From the NCBI RefSeq assembly GCF_963921235.1, contig NC_086097.1, forward strand, positions 117,306,001-117,370,000: a stretch of DNA of 64,000 nt, in the 5' to 3' direction. Made by a program: the position numbers and the translations under genes. Below the pieces are notes generated by a model, which was not told the origin of the DNA, ran no database searches, and saw nothing but the letters and a program-made list of their open reading frames with translations. Numbering within the stretch: position 1 is the first letter of the stretch; every line of letters begins with the position of its first letter. This document shows positions 52,051 through 64,000 of this stretch, in pieces. The DNA is from Mobula hypostoma. Taxonomy: Eukaryota.

Positions 52051-52615
52051 GAGCTTCATTTCAGAGGTCCAAGTCTATTACAACCACTACTATGTCCGGA
52101 ATGTATCTGCCTCTAAAGAACACCAAAATCCCTGTTGCGCAGGGATTTCCAGGATTTGGATCCAGTGTGATAAACAGCTGGAAGAGTGATGATATATTTC
52201 CAAGTCAGGATAATTGCTGGTAAAGATGCAGTTGGCGGTGTGCCCATGTGTTATTAAGAAGAATGTTTTGAAGTGCACTATCTCCTGAGCATTATTGGGT
52301 ACCTTGACAGTTCAGGAAACGTCATTAGATTTTTTGTGTTCTGTAATCACATCTTAGCAGTGAGAATATTGGTACTCACAGTCTTTATTTCTTTCCCAGC
52401 ACATTGCAAGTGTGACCGCAGTGGAGAGATAGGTCACATATCACTCATGAATATTTTAAATAGGTAGTGCAAATTTTTGTCGCGCTGCCCCATACCTAAT
52501 TTGTTCATCAATGGGACACAGACATTAGCAATGCAAATATTCATTACACATCTGCATTTGCCACTGGATTGAGGAGGCAGTTAGGACAACCTTGATGGCT
52601 CTAGAATACCAAATG

Positions 52616-53185
52616 CACGCTTTGGCCACTTTAATAGGTACTCCTCTAGATCTGCTTGTTAATGCAAAACTCAGCCAATCATGCGGCAGCAACTCAATGC
52701 ATAAAAGCATGCAGACATGGTCAAGAGGTTCAGCTGTCATTCAGACCAAACATCAGAATGGGAAAAAAATGGGATCTAAGTGACTTTGACCATGGAATGA
52801 CTGTTGGTGCCAGACAGGATGGTTTCAGTACCTCAGAAACTGCTGAATTCTGGGATGTTCACACACAGCAGTTTCTAGAGTTTACAGAGAATGGAGCAAA
52901 AAACCAAACAAAAATATCCAATGAGTGGCTGTTCTGCGGACAAAAATGACTTATTAATCAGAGCAGTCAGAGGAGAATGGCCAGACTGGTTCAAACTGAC
53001 AGGAAGGTGACAGTAACTCAAATAATCACTCATGAAAACAATGGTGTGCAGAATAGCTTCTCTGAATGCACATTGAACCTTGAAGTGGATGAGCTGCAGA
53101 AGCAGAGGGCCACAAGCGTACAGGAATACCCTCAGTATCCACTTTATTAGGTAACTCCGGTACCTAATAAAGTGGCCACTGATTT
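52616..53185 (+). mobile_element. Tc1-derived non-autonomous element, copy D
   Basis: MGKKWDLSDFDHGMTVGARQDGFSTSETA (Tc1 HTH N-terminus), RRMARLVQTDRKVTVTQI; TIR ends. Confidence 0.88.
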
Positions 53186-53814
53186 TATATCACAATGGAA
53201 AAGGATAACATATTTCCTTTTCTGAAGTGAACCAGATGGGTTTTTGCAATAATCTGATGGTTTAAAAGTTGTATTTCAAGGACTAGATTTCCAAAAGATA
53301 TTTAATTACTTGAATACAAATTGATTGCTTCAGAATTCCATCTCATGGTTCTAGATTCCAGGTGCAAACCACATCATATAGCCAGTTCACCCCAATGGTT
53401 TCTATCCTACCTGTATGACCTAACAGTTTAATTCAATATTTGGCCAACTAAGGTTTATTCCCAAGACATTTCTAGTTTTATGCTCTAAATGAACAAGAAC
53501 GTCCATGTTCCAGTTATTGTTGAACAGGAGTTGACAAATGCAGTGTAACACTATACAGAAGACAAGTACAATCCATCATGACAATGTAAGGAACATTGTT
53601 CTTGTAACATTGTTCTTGCTGGTTTATTTCAACATTTTAATATAATATATTAAGAACGCAGGAAGACAACTTTCATAAGCGGCTGAATTGCTTAGGAAAG
53701 AGTTCGTGAGTATTGGCCAAATTTCTAAAAAGCGTGTTTGGTAGTGTAACAACCTATTTTCTGACAAATAGTTTCAAACCTCCCTTTGATTTAAAATCTC
53801 TTCAGTTCAATATC

Positions 53815-55625
53815 TGCAACTAGGAAGGCCTTCAACAACTTTGTGCATGGTCTGGAGGGTTTGCTCATACGGAATGCAGGGAGAGGTAGTTTGGTGTATT
53901 CAAAATTGGCTGAGGTACAGTAGGGAGCAGAGAGTGGTGGTTGGAGGTTGTTTTCCAAATGGAGGCTGGTGACTAGTGGTGTACCGCAGGGAGTGGTTTT
54001 GGGATCCTTGCTATTTTTTAATTATATAAATGATTTGGCTGGAAATGCACAAAGCTTGATCAGTAAGTTTGCAATGACACAAAATTAGGAAGTGTTGATG
54101 ATAGTAAAAAATGTTTGTAGATTATAGTGGGATCTTGATGAGTTAAGTAAGTGGGCTGAGCAGTGGCAAAGGTAATTTAGTACAAGTAAGTTTGAGGTGA
54201 TGCATTTTGGAAAGTCAAACCAGTGTAGACTTATACTATGATGGGAGGGCACTAGGATACAGAGAGACTTAGGAGTACGAGTGTATCTTACAATGAAGAT
54301 GGCATCACAGGTAGACAAGGAAAATGCACTGCATGCACGCAGAATTATTTAGGGAGCACCTGCATAGAGTTCTGAATGGGTTTGTCCCAATTGAGAAAGG
54401 GTAAGGTAAAGGAACCATGGTTTACATTTATTCACGAGAAAGGAGGAAACATACTTAAGGTTTAGGAAGCAAAAGTCAGACAGGGCTTTGGAGAGTTATA
54501 AAGTAGCCAGGAAGGAGCTTAAGAAGGGACTTATGAGAGCTAAAAGGGGGCATGAGAAGGACTTGGTAAGTATGATTAAGGAAAACCCAAGATATTCTAC
54601 ACTTAGGAGAATACCAGGACAATGTCTAGAGTGAGGGAAGGACTGCTCAGGGATAAAAGTGGAAACATGAGCCTGGAAGCCAAGAAGGTGGAAAGGTCCT
54701 TAATAAATACATAGCTTCAGCGTTCAAGGAGGAGAGGGATGATGATGGATGTGAAATTAGCATAGAATAGGATAACAGTCTGGAGCACGTTGAGGTTAAG
54801 AAAGAAGCAGTGTTGGAGATTTAGAAAAAAAATTAGAATAAATAAGTTTCCGGGGCTCAAAATTATACACCCCAAGTTATTATGGATAGTGAGGGAAGAG
54901 ATTGCTGAGCACCGAGGATGTTTTTTGTTTCCTTCCTGTTCTACAGGAGTGGTATCAGAGGACTGAAGGATGGAAAATGTTTCATTGTTCATTAGTTATT
55001 TGGGATAATCCTGGAAATTCTGGGCCCATGAGTCTTGCGTTAGTAGTTTGCTAACTAATGGAGATGGCTCTTACGGGCAGAATTTATGAGCATTTGGAGA
55101 TAGTCAGCTGAAATTTGGCCTCATGAATTTGGAATTGGCTTACCCACTGAAGGAAGTGATGAGTGCTGTTCTGCAAAGATCTGTTCTAGGACCACTACTC
55201 TTTGTGATTTGTTAGAAATCACTTGGATGTAGAAACAGAGAAATGTGTTGATATGATTGCAGATGGCACAGAGATTGGTGGTATGAATTGGTGATAGAAT
55301 GTATTGTGTAGAAGATTGTCACAGGTTAAAAATAGTATATAGACAGGATGCAGAACTGGACAGAGAACTGGCAGATGGACTTCAATCAACTGACGTGTGA
55401 AGTGATGCATTTGGAATGATTGTAATTGAAGGCAGGACTTCTAGCAGCATGGAGAAACAGAGGGACCTTGGGATCCAAATCCAAATACCCTCAGATTGCT
55501 GCACAAGTTTATAGGTTAATTATGAAGGCATATAGTATTTTGACATTCATTAATAGGTGGATTGATTTCAAATTGTAGCTCCTTTAAACTTAGGTTAGAC
55601 CACATTTAAGATTATTGTGTTTAGT
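53815..55625 (+). mobile_element. Heavily degraded CR1 fragments
   Basis: VTSGVPQGVVLGSLLF-like RT segment followed by linker/RT segments resembling 20330-21820. Confidence 0.7.
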
Positions 55626-57134
55626 AATTGTGACGGCATTGGGATTGTTGACTGCAAAGTTCGAAACTCAAATGAAAACCTTAAACCTGATTGGATATAG
55701 ATACTCTCAATAAAGGGAGATTATACCACAACTACCCAATCTTCAAACTATAGTTTACTTCCCCATTTATTCTCCCTGGTGTGTTTTGCTGCCAATACCC
55801 ATTATTTGAGTGGTGGGACCCCTCCTTATGAAGGAGAAAATACTTCCAGCTAGGAAATCAGTTTAAAACACAGTTCATTTATTTTCAAAGATGCGTGTTT
55901 AAATCCAAACAACATTCTTAAACACACTTAAAATTCAGAGGATTTCTACCTTAAACATTTCCAAACTACAAAATATTGTTTTAAAAACACAAAGGATTTC
56001 CAGAACACAGCCACAGTTCCTGTATACTAAAAAGCCAAATGAATGATGCAGATGAACAAATCATTTGTCACAGAAATCAAAGCCAGAGGAATGGATTCTA
56101 GTTCACTCCATGTTTCTTTCGTGGTTTCTTGGTGTTTCTTATCCAATTCCCAATAACACTGAAATGCTCTCTACGTTTATACTCTTTTTCTGCCACTTGG
56201 GTGATTCACACGTATATGTTATTTCCTCAGGTACCCTTTTTACACAAAATGTCTGAAAGCTTTTTGGAACCACAATTTCAAGCCACCTATAATTAAGGCT
56301 GCAAGCTAACTTCTCTGAGTACCTAAACCTTCCAATTATAAGCACATCAGATATTTGATATGCAAAATGATATTATCCATCTGGTCTGCAAGCTTCCTTG
56401 AACTAAACAACTTAGTCAGCTTGTCTTGTTTGAAATAACCCATTGTATAATACTGCATCTCTTTGAGCAGCAATAAACCGGGTGCATTGACCAATATCCT
56501 ACTTCTACAGACAGTGTTTTACTATCTACAGAGCTTGTTTGCAAAGCTACTTGATAATTAGCACTTTGTTTTAACTTCAAACTGATTACTACTTGCTATT
56601 TACATTATTAAGAACTGAAGACTGGTTCCCATTTATGTCCAGAAGCTAAACAGCTGTTTTATCTTGACCATTAAGAAAAAATGCAATAAAACAGCTGTCT
56701 ACTGGGGAAGTCTTCATTTAAAAAATGCAAAGGGGCTTGGGCAGCCTTATGCAGGATACCCTAAACGTTGACTTGCAGGTTGGATCAGTGATAAGAAGGC
56801 AAATACAATGATAGCATTCATTTCAAGAGGACTAGAATATAAGAGCAAGAATGTGATGCTAAGGCTTTATAAGGCACTGGTTAGAGCACATTTTAAACAG
56901 TTTGGGGCCACTTATGTAAGAAAAGATGTGCTGACATTGGAGTGGGTCCAGAGGAGGTTCAGGAGAATGATTCCAGGAATGAAAGAGTTCATGCATGAAC
57001 AGGGTTTGATGGCCCTGGGCTTGTACTCACTGGAGTTTAGAAGAATAAGGGGGTATCTCATTGAAATCTGTTTGGCGAGGTAAGTGGGTGAGTAGACTTA
57101 TGTTTCCTGTTTCATTCGTGCAAAATTAGATAGC

Positions 57135-58097
57135 ATGCCTGCAGGGTTAGTGCTTTGTTCAGGGTGTCAGATGTGGGAATCCTGGGAGACTTCCAGCCTC
57201 CCTGATGGCCACATCTGCGCCAGGTGCACTGAGATGCAGCTCCTCAGAGACCATGTTAGGGATCTGGAGCTGCAGCTTGATGACCTAGTGCTTATCAGGG
57301 AAAGTGAAGAGGTGATAGACAGGAGCTACAGGGAGGTAGTCATCCCTAGGCTACAGGAGTCAATAGTCATCCCTAGGCTACAGGAGTCAGAACACTGGGT
57401 CACTGTCAAGAGAGGGAAGGGAAATGCCCGGATAGTGGAGAGCACCCCTGTGGCTGTCCCCCTCAGCAATAAATATCTTGTTCTGGATGCTGTTGAGGGG
57501 GATGACCTGACGGGGGACGCCTATGGTGACCGGGTCTCTGGCACTGAGCCTGGCGCTGTTGTGCCGGAGCGAAAGAGGGTGAAGAGAAATGCGGTAGTCG
57601 TGGGGGATTCCATAGTCAGGGGAACAGACAGGAGATTCTGTGAGCCTGACAGAGATACCCGCATGGTGTGTTGCCTCCCAGGTGCCAGGGTACGGGATGT
57701 CTCGGATCGGGTCCTGAATATTCTAAAGGGGGAGGGTGAGCAGCCAGTTGTCTTGGTACATGTTGGTACCAATGACATAGATAGGACAAAGGAGGAGGTC
57801 CTGAAGAGAGATTTCCAGGAGTTAGGAAGGAAGCTGAGAAGCAGGACCTCCAGGGTAGTAATCTTGGGATTGCTACCTGTGCCACGTGCTAGAGAGGGCA
57901 AGAGTAGTCGGATCAGGCAGATGAATGCCTGGCTGAGAGACTGGTGTAGGGGGCAGAGCTTCAGATTCTTAGATAATTGGGATCTCTTCTGGGGGAAGTA
58001 TGACCTGTTCAAAATGGACTGGTTACACCTGAACCCGAAGGGGGCTAATATCCTGGCGGGAAAGTTTAATAGAGCTGTTAGGGAGGGTTTAAACTAA
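57135..58097 (+). CDS. CR1 ORF1p: Cys-rich zinc finger/coiled coil plus SGNH esterase-like domain (320 aa, open)
   Basis: CSGC..CARC, LRDHVRDLELQLDDL, VVGDSIVRG, CLPGA, HVGTND, DWLHLN (normally DGLH). Confidence 0.88.
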   Translation: MPAGLVLCSGCQMWESWETSSLPDGHICARCTEMQLLRDHVRDLELQLDDLVLIRESEEVIDRSYREVVIPRLQESIVIPRLQESEHWVTVKRGKGNARIVESTPVAVPLSNKYLVLDAVEGDDLTGDAYGDRVSGTEPGAVVPERKRVKRNAVVVGDSIVRGTDRRFCEPDRDTRMVCCLPGARVRDVSDRVLNILKGEGEQPVVLVHVGTNDIDRTKEEVLKRDFQELGRKLRSRTSRVVILGLLPVPRAREGKSSRIRQMNAWLRDWCRGQSFRFLDNWDLFWGKYDLFKMDWLHLNPKGANILAGKFNRAVREGLN

Positions 58098-58235
58098 TTT
58101 GGCAGGGGGATGGGAACTGGAATGATAGAGCGGAGGAAGGGGAAAACAGAAATAAATCTAAGATTGTGAGCAGTAAAGATATCAGGAAAGACAGGCAGGT
58201 GATGGGGCAAACGTGTAGCCATGGGATGAGTTGCA

Positions 58236-61061
58236 GTGAAATCAAAGCAAAAAGTATCAAATACTGGTCTTAAGGTGTTGTACTTAAATGCACGCAGCAT
58301 AAGAAATAAGGTGGATGATCTTGTTGTACAGCTACAGATTGGCAGGTATGATATTGTGGCCATCACTGAGACCTGGCTAAAGGATACATGTCTCTGGGAG
58401 CTGAACATCCAAGGATACACAGTGTATCGGAAGAATAGGAAGGTAGGCAGAGGGGGAGGTGTGGTTTTATTGGTAAGAAATGATATTAAATCATTAGAAA
58501 GAGGTGATATAGGATCGGAAGGTGCAGAATCTTTATGGGTTGAGCTAAGGAATAGCAGGGGTAAAAGGACCCTGATGGCAGTTATTTATAGGCCTCCAAA
58601 CAGCTGCAGGGATGTGGACTACAAATTACAACTGGAAATAGAAAAGGCTTGTCAGAAGGGCAGTGTCATGATAATTGTGGGGGATTTTAACATGCGAGTA
58701 GATTGGAAAAATCAGGTCGGCACTGGATCTCAAGAGAGAGAATTTGTAGAATGTCTGCGAGATGGCTTTTTATAACAGCTTGTTGTTGAGCCCACTAGGG
58801 GATCGGCTGTACTGGATTGGGTATTGTGTAATGAACTGGAGGTGATTAGAGAGATTGAGGTGAAGGAACCCTTAGGAGGCAGTGACCATAACATGATTGA
58901 GTTCACTGTGAAATTAGAAAAAGAGAAGCCGAAATCTGATGTGTCAGTATTTCAGTGGAGTAAAGGAAATTACAGTGGCATGAGAGGGGAACTGGCCAAA
59001 GTTGACTGGAAAGAGACACTGGCGGGAAAGACGGCAGAGCAGCAGTGCCTGGAGTTTATGCGTGAAATGAGGAATGTGCAAGACAGGTATATTCCAAAAA
59101 AGAAGAAATTTTCGAGTGGAAAAAGGATACAACCGTGGTTGAGAAGAGAAGTCAAAGCCAAAGTTAAAGCTAAGGAGAGGGCATACAAGGAAGCAAAAAT
59201 TAGTGGGAAGACGGAGGATTGGGAAGTCTTTAAAACCTTACAAAAGGAAACCAAGAAGGTCATTAAGAGAGAAAAGATTAACTATGAAAGGAAACTAGCA
59301 AATAATATCAAAGAGGATACTAAAAGCTTTTTCAAGTATATAAAGAGTAAAAGACAAGTGAGAGTAGATATAGGACTGATAGAAAATGATACTGGAGAAA
59401 TTGTAATGGGAGATGAGGAGACGGCAGAGGAACTGAACAAGTATTTTGCATCAGTCTTCACTGAGGAAGACAGCAAGGATACCGGACACTCAAGGGTGGC
59501 AGGGAAGAGAAGTGTGCACAGTCACAATTACGACAGAGAAAGTACTCAGGAAGCTGAATAGGCTAAAGGTCGATAAATCTCCTGGACCAGATAGAATGCA
59601 CCCTCGTGTTCTGAAGGAAGTAGCTGTGGAGATTGCGGAGGCATTAGCGATGATTTTTCAAAAGTCGATAGATTCTGGCATGGTTCCGGAAGACTGGAAG
59701 ATTGCAAATGTCACTCCGCTATTTAAGAAGGGGGCAAGGAAGCAAAAAGGAAATTATAGACCTGTTAGCTTGACGTCGGTGGTTGGGAAGTTGTTGGAGT
59801 CGATTGTCAAGGATGAGGTTACAGAGTACCTGGAGGCATATGACAAGATAGGCAGAACTCAGCATGGATTCCTTAAAGGAAAATCCTGCCTGACAAACCT
59901 ATTACAATTTTTTGAGGAAATTACCAGTAGGCTAGACAAGGGAGATGCAGTGGATGTTGTATATTTGGATTTTCAGAAGGCCTTTGACAAGGTGCCACAC
60001 ATGAGGCTGCTTAACAAGATAAGAGCCCATGGAATTAAAGGAAAGTTACATACGTGGATAGAGCGTTGGCTGATTGGCAGGAAACAGAGAGTGGGAATAA
60101 AGGGATCCTATTCTGGTTGGCTGCCGGTTACCAGTGGTGTTCCACAGGGATCAGTGTTGGGGCCACTTCTTTTTACATTGTACATCAACGATTTGGATTA
60201 TGGAATAGATGGCTTTGTGGCTAAGTTTGCTGACGATATGAAGATAGGTGGAGGGGCCGGTAGTGCTGAGGAAACGGAGAGTCTGCAGAGAGACTTGGAT
60301 AGATTGGAAGAATGGGCAGAGAAGTGGCAAATGAAGTACAATGTTGGAAAGTGTATGGTTATGCACTTTGCAGAAAAAATAAACGGGCAGACTATTATTT
60401 AAATGGGGAAGAATTCAAAGTTCTGAGATGCAACGGGACTTGGGAGTCCTCGTACAGGATTCCCTTAAAGTTAACCTCCAGGTTGAGTCGGTAGTGAAGA
60501 AGGCGAATGCAATGTTGGCATTCATTTCTGGAGGAATAGAGTATAGGAGCAGGGATGTGATGTTGAGGCTCTATAAGGCGCTGGTGAGACCTCACAGAGT
60601 ACTGTGGGCAGTTTTGGTCTCCTTATTTAAGAAAGGATGTGCTGACGTTGGAGAGGGTACAGAGAGGATTCACTAGAATGATTCCGGGAATGAGAGGGTT
60701 AACATATGAGGAACGTTTGTCCGCTCTTGGACTGTATTCCTTGGAGTTTAGAAGAATGAGGGGAGACTTCATAGAAACATTTCGAATGTTAAAAGGCATG
60801 GACAGAGTGGATGTGGCAAAGTTGTTTCCCATGATGGGGGAGTCTAGTACAAGAGGGCATGACTTCAGGATTGAAGGGCGCCCTTTCAGAACAGAAATGC
60901 GAAAAAATTTTTTTAGTCAGAGGGTGGTGAATCTATGGAATTTGTTGCCACGGGCAGCAGTGGATGCCAAGTCATTGGGTGTATTTAAGGCAGAGATTGA
61001 TAGGTATCTGAGTAGCCAGGGCATCAAAGGTTATGGTGAGAAGGCGGGGCAGTGGGATTAA
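58236..61061 (+). pseudogene. CR1 ORF2 (APE endonuclease and RT) with a stop and several frameshifts
   Basis: YLNARSIRNK, ITETWL, GDFN, SDH, QHGF, YLDFQKAFDKVPH, GVPQGSVLGP, KFADD; stop at 58773-58775, frameshifts near 59470, 60370-60420 and 60595. Confidence 0.9.
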
Positions 61062-61220
61062 ATAGGATAAAATGGATCAGCTCATGATAAAATGGTGGAG
61101 CAGACTCGATGGGCCGAATGGCCTTCTTCTGCTCCTTTGTCTTATGGTCTTATGGTCTTATGGAAATCTCTTGAATATTGAAAGGCCTAGATAGACAGAC
61201 TGTGCAAAAGATATTTCCTA

Positions 61221-62249
61221 TTCTTGATTACCTGACTGGCAGACCACAGTACGTGTGCTTGCAACACTTTGTGTCCGACAGAGCGATCAGCAGCACTGGG
61301 GCTCCACAGGGGACTGTCTTGTCTCCCTTTCTCTTCACCATTTACACCTCGGACTTCAACTACTGCACAGAGTCTTGTCATCTTCAGAAGTTTTCGGATG
61401 ACTCTGCCATAGTTGGATGCATCAGCAAGGGAGATGAGGCTGAGTACAGGGCTACGGTAGGAAACTTTGTCACGTGGTGTGAGCAGAATTATCTGCAGCT
61501 TAATGTGAAAAAGACTAAGGAGCTGGTGGTAGACCTGAGGAGAGCTAAGGTACCGGTGATCCCTGTTTCCATCCAAGGGGTCAGTGTGGACATGGTGGAG
61601 AATCACAAATACCTGGTGATACGAATTGACAATAAACTGGACTGGTCAAAGAACACTGAGGCTGTCTACAAGAAGGGTCAGAGCCGTCTCTATTTCCTGA
61701 GGAGACTGAGGTCCTTTAACATCTGCTGGACGATGCTGAGGATGTTCTATGAGTCTGTGGTGGCCAGTGCTATCATGTTTGCTGTTGTGTGCTGGGGCAG
61801 CAGGCTGAGGGTAGCAGACACCAACAGAATCAACAAACTCATTCGTAAGGCCAGTGATGTTGTGGGGATGGAACTGGACTCTCTGACGGTGGTGTCTGAA
61901 AAGAGGATGCTGTCTAAGTTGCATGCCATCTTGGACAATGTCTCCCATCCACTACATAATGTACTGTGTGGGCACTGGAGTACGTTCAGCCAGAGACTCA
62001 TTCCACCGAGATGCAACACAGAGTGTCATAGAAAGTTTTTCCTGCCTGTGTCCATCAAATTTTACAACTCCTCCCTTGGAGGGTCAGACACCCTGAGCCA
62101 ATAGGCTTGTCCTGGACTTATTTCCTGGCATAATTTACATATTACTATTTAACTCTTTATGGTTTTATTACTATTTATTATTTATGGTGCAACTGTAAAG
62201 AAAACCAATTTCCCCGGGATCAATAAAGTATGACTATGACTATGACTAT
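61221..62249 (+). mobile_element. Rex1/Babar LINE, 5'-truncated, with open RT C-terminal frame
   Basis: ILDYLTGRPQYV...STGAPQGTVLSPFLFTIYTSDF...QKFSDDSAIVG; stop at 62102-62104; AATAAA then a (TATGAC)n tail; the host CR1 resumes afterwards. Confidence 0.88.
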
Positions 62250-63370
62250 AGAAGGTATGCCTTTTGGCTACAGGGCACAGCCTCTGTTTAGAGGGACATC
62301 CATTGAACAGAAATGAGGAGGAATTTCTTTAGCCATAGTGTGGTGAATCCGTGGAATTTATCAACAATTATGGCCAAGTTATTCAGTATATTTAAAGCAG
62401 AATTTGTTAGGTTCTTGATTGGACAGAACATCAAAGATTATAGACAGAAGGCAGGAGAATGGAGTTAAGAGGGTTAATACATCAGCCATGATGAAATGGT
62501 GGAGTAAACTCGATGGGTTGAGTGGCCTACTTCACCTCCCATGTCTTATGGTCTTATGCACATTTAAAATTATGAGCGCCATAGGTAAGATGGATGGTAA
62601 AAGTCTTTTCCGTGGGGTATCATTGGTATTACCTCCTGTATGCTTGCTGGCATTTTGAACCACAGTGAATTCCTCCATCTCAGTCTGTCCTCAGCCAGGC
62701 TTGGTAGTGTTCAAAGATTCCTTCATCAGCTTCCTTCCAGCAGCTTCCGAATGGTTTTTGCTACAGTCAGCCATGCAAGTCCCAAGTGAAGACTCCAGGA
62801 TACCTTCGCACACAGATGTAGAAGGATTCTTTATTGCATTTCCATTAGTTTTGTTTGACGATCAGGTTTGTCAGATTTGAGCTGAACCCCTGAACCTGGA
62901 GGACCAGTGGACCACTGTTATATTGACCTCTACCATTTGACCTGTTTGGTATGGATAGTATGGATATGAAGTCCTGACCCCAGACAGCACAGCTGTACAA
63001 GTTAATAAGGCTTACAAGCCTCTAAACAAGAGCAAGGTTATGGTCCGCTTGAAGGTTTTCCACAAGGGAAAAGAGCCCAAAACTAGTGAGCAAACATTTA
63101 GGGTGGGAGGACAAAGACTTAAAGGGACCTAAATGGAATTATTTTTATGCAGAATGTGGTGAGTATATGGAATGAGCTGTAGAGGAAGTGGTTGAGGGAG
63201 GTAAATCTAAGAAACACTTCAATATGTACCATACATTGAGTTTTGCGACTAGGAGGGATATGGGCTGAATGCAAGATTTTGTGACTAGTTGTGTGAGCAG
63301 AGTGATCATCCTGGACTTGTTGGGCCGAAGGGCTTGTATCAATGCTATAAACCTGTATCTTTATAATATA

Positions 63371-63908
63371 CACTTAGTGAAGACTTCTGAAACTAATAAT
63401 GTGGCCACTGAGTGTGTGCTTGTGAGCTTCTGCTGCTGAAGTCCATCCCCTTTGATGTGTTGCATGTTCAGAGATGCGTTGTTACACATCATTGATGTGA
63501 CCATTATTTGAGTTACTGTTGTCTTCCTGTCAGCTTGAACCAGTTTGGCTATTCTCCTTTGACTTCTCTCTGCATTTTCACCCGCAGAACTGCCACTCAC
63601 TGGATTTTTTTTGTTTGTCACATTATTCTCTGTAAACTCTAACAGACTCTTGTGCATTAAAACCCCAGGAGATCAGCAGCTTCTGAGATACTTAAACCTC
63701 CTCGTCTGGCACCAACAATCATTCCACAGTCAAAGTCACTTGGATCACGTTTCTTTCTTATTCTGCTGTTTGGTCTGAACAACATCTGAACCCCTTGACA
63801 ACGCCTCCATGCTTTTATGCATTGAGTTGCTGCCACATAATTGGCTGATTAGCTATTTGCATTAATGAACTGGAGTACAGGTGTACCTAATAAAATGGCC
63901 ACTGAGTG
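63371..63908 (-). mobile_element. Tc1-derived non-autonomous element, copy E
   Basis: TA|CACTTAGTG start, aataaaatggccactgagtg end; RRIAKLVQADRKTTVTQI on the minus strand. Confidence 0.85.
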
Positions 63909-64000
63909 TGTCTTTGCAATATTGCATCTAGTTTGGCAGTACAAAGGTAATGAAGGCTAACATTTTCCCCAAGGTTCCTTGATTTCAGTTATAGTAATAA

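Larger units (their letters stand above)
57070..61162 (+). mobile_element. Young, near full-length CR1 LINE with a perfect 7-bp TSD, inserted in an older CR1 3' fragment (56720-62560)
   Basis: GAAATCT at 57063-57069 and 61163-61169; (TCTTATGG)n tail; open ORF1; ORF2 broken by a few lesions. Confidence 0.95.

Noticed and set aside
57135..58097. Cellular SGNH lipase/esterase gene
   Set aside because: It lies inside a TSD-flanked CR1 directly upstream of ORF2, with decayed homologues at ~44070-44660 and ~30570-31000.
61178..61220. N-terminus of the 308-aa RT ORF
   Set aside because: These codons belong to the host CR1 fragment and are in frame with the truncated Rex1/Babar insert by chance.

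Overview
This is eukaryotic (vertebrate) genomic DNA, most likely from a cartilaginous fish (shark/ray). That is inferred from the repeat families only, not from a database search. The one host gene is cerebellin-2 (CBLN2), on the + strand with three coding exons (519-806, 1648-1767, 2584-2781; about 201 aa). A repeat-poor stretch follows to about 7 kb. The remaining ~57 kb is an intergenic transposon graveyard: CR1 LINEs (two near full length), Rex1/Babar LINEs, Penelope-like elements with minimal hammerhead ribozyme cores, tRNA-derived SINEs, Tc1-derived elements, a hAT MITE and solo LTRs. The most structured region is 7030-19171, a four-level nested insertion: Tc1-derived element > Chapaev3-like DNA transposon > PNMA-gag Gypsy element with a tRNA-Pro PBS > an unusual non-coding element at 8426-12569. 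That innermost element has three ~1.25-1.3 kb LTRs separated by ~160 bp spacers. Its primer-binding site is exactly complementary over 12 nt to the predicted 5' end of its own transcript, which is the signature of Tf1/sushi-type self-primed reverse transcription. Family names come from recalled protein motifs, and boundaries were read by eye.
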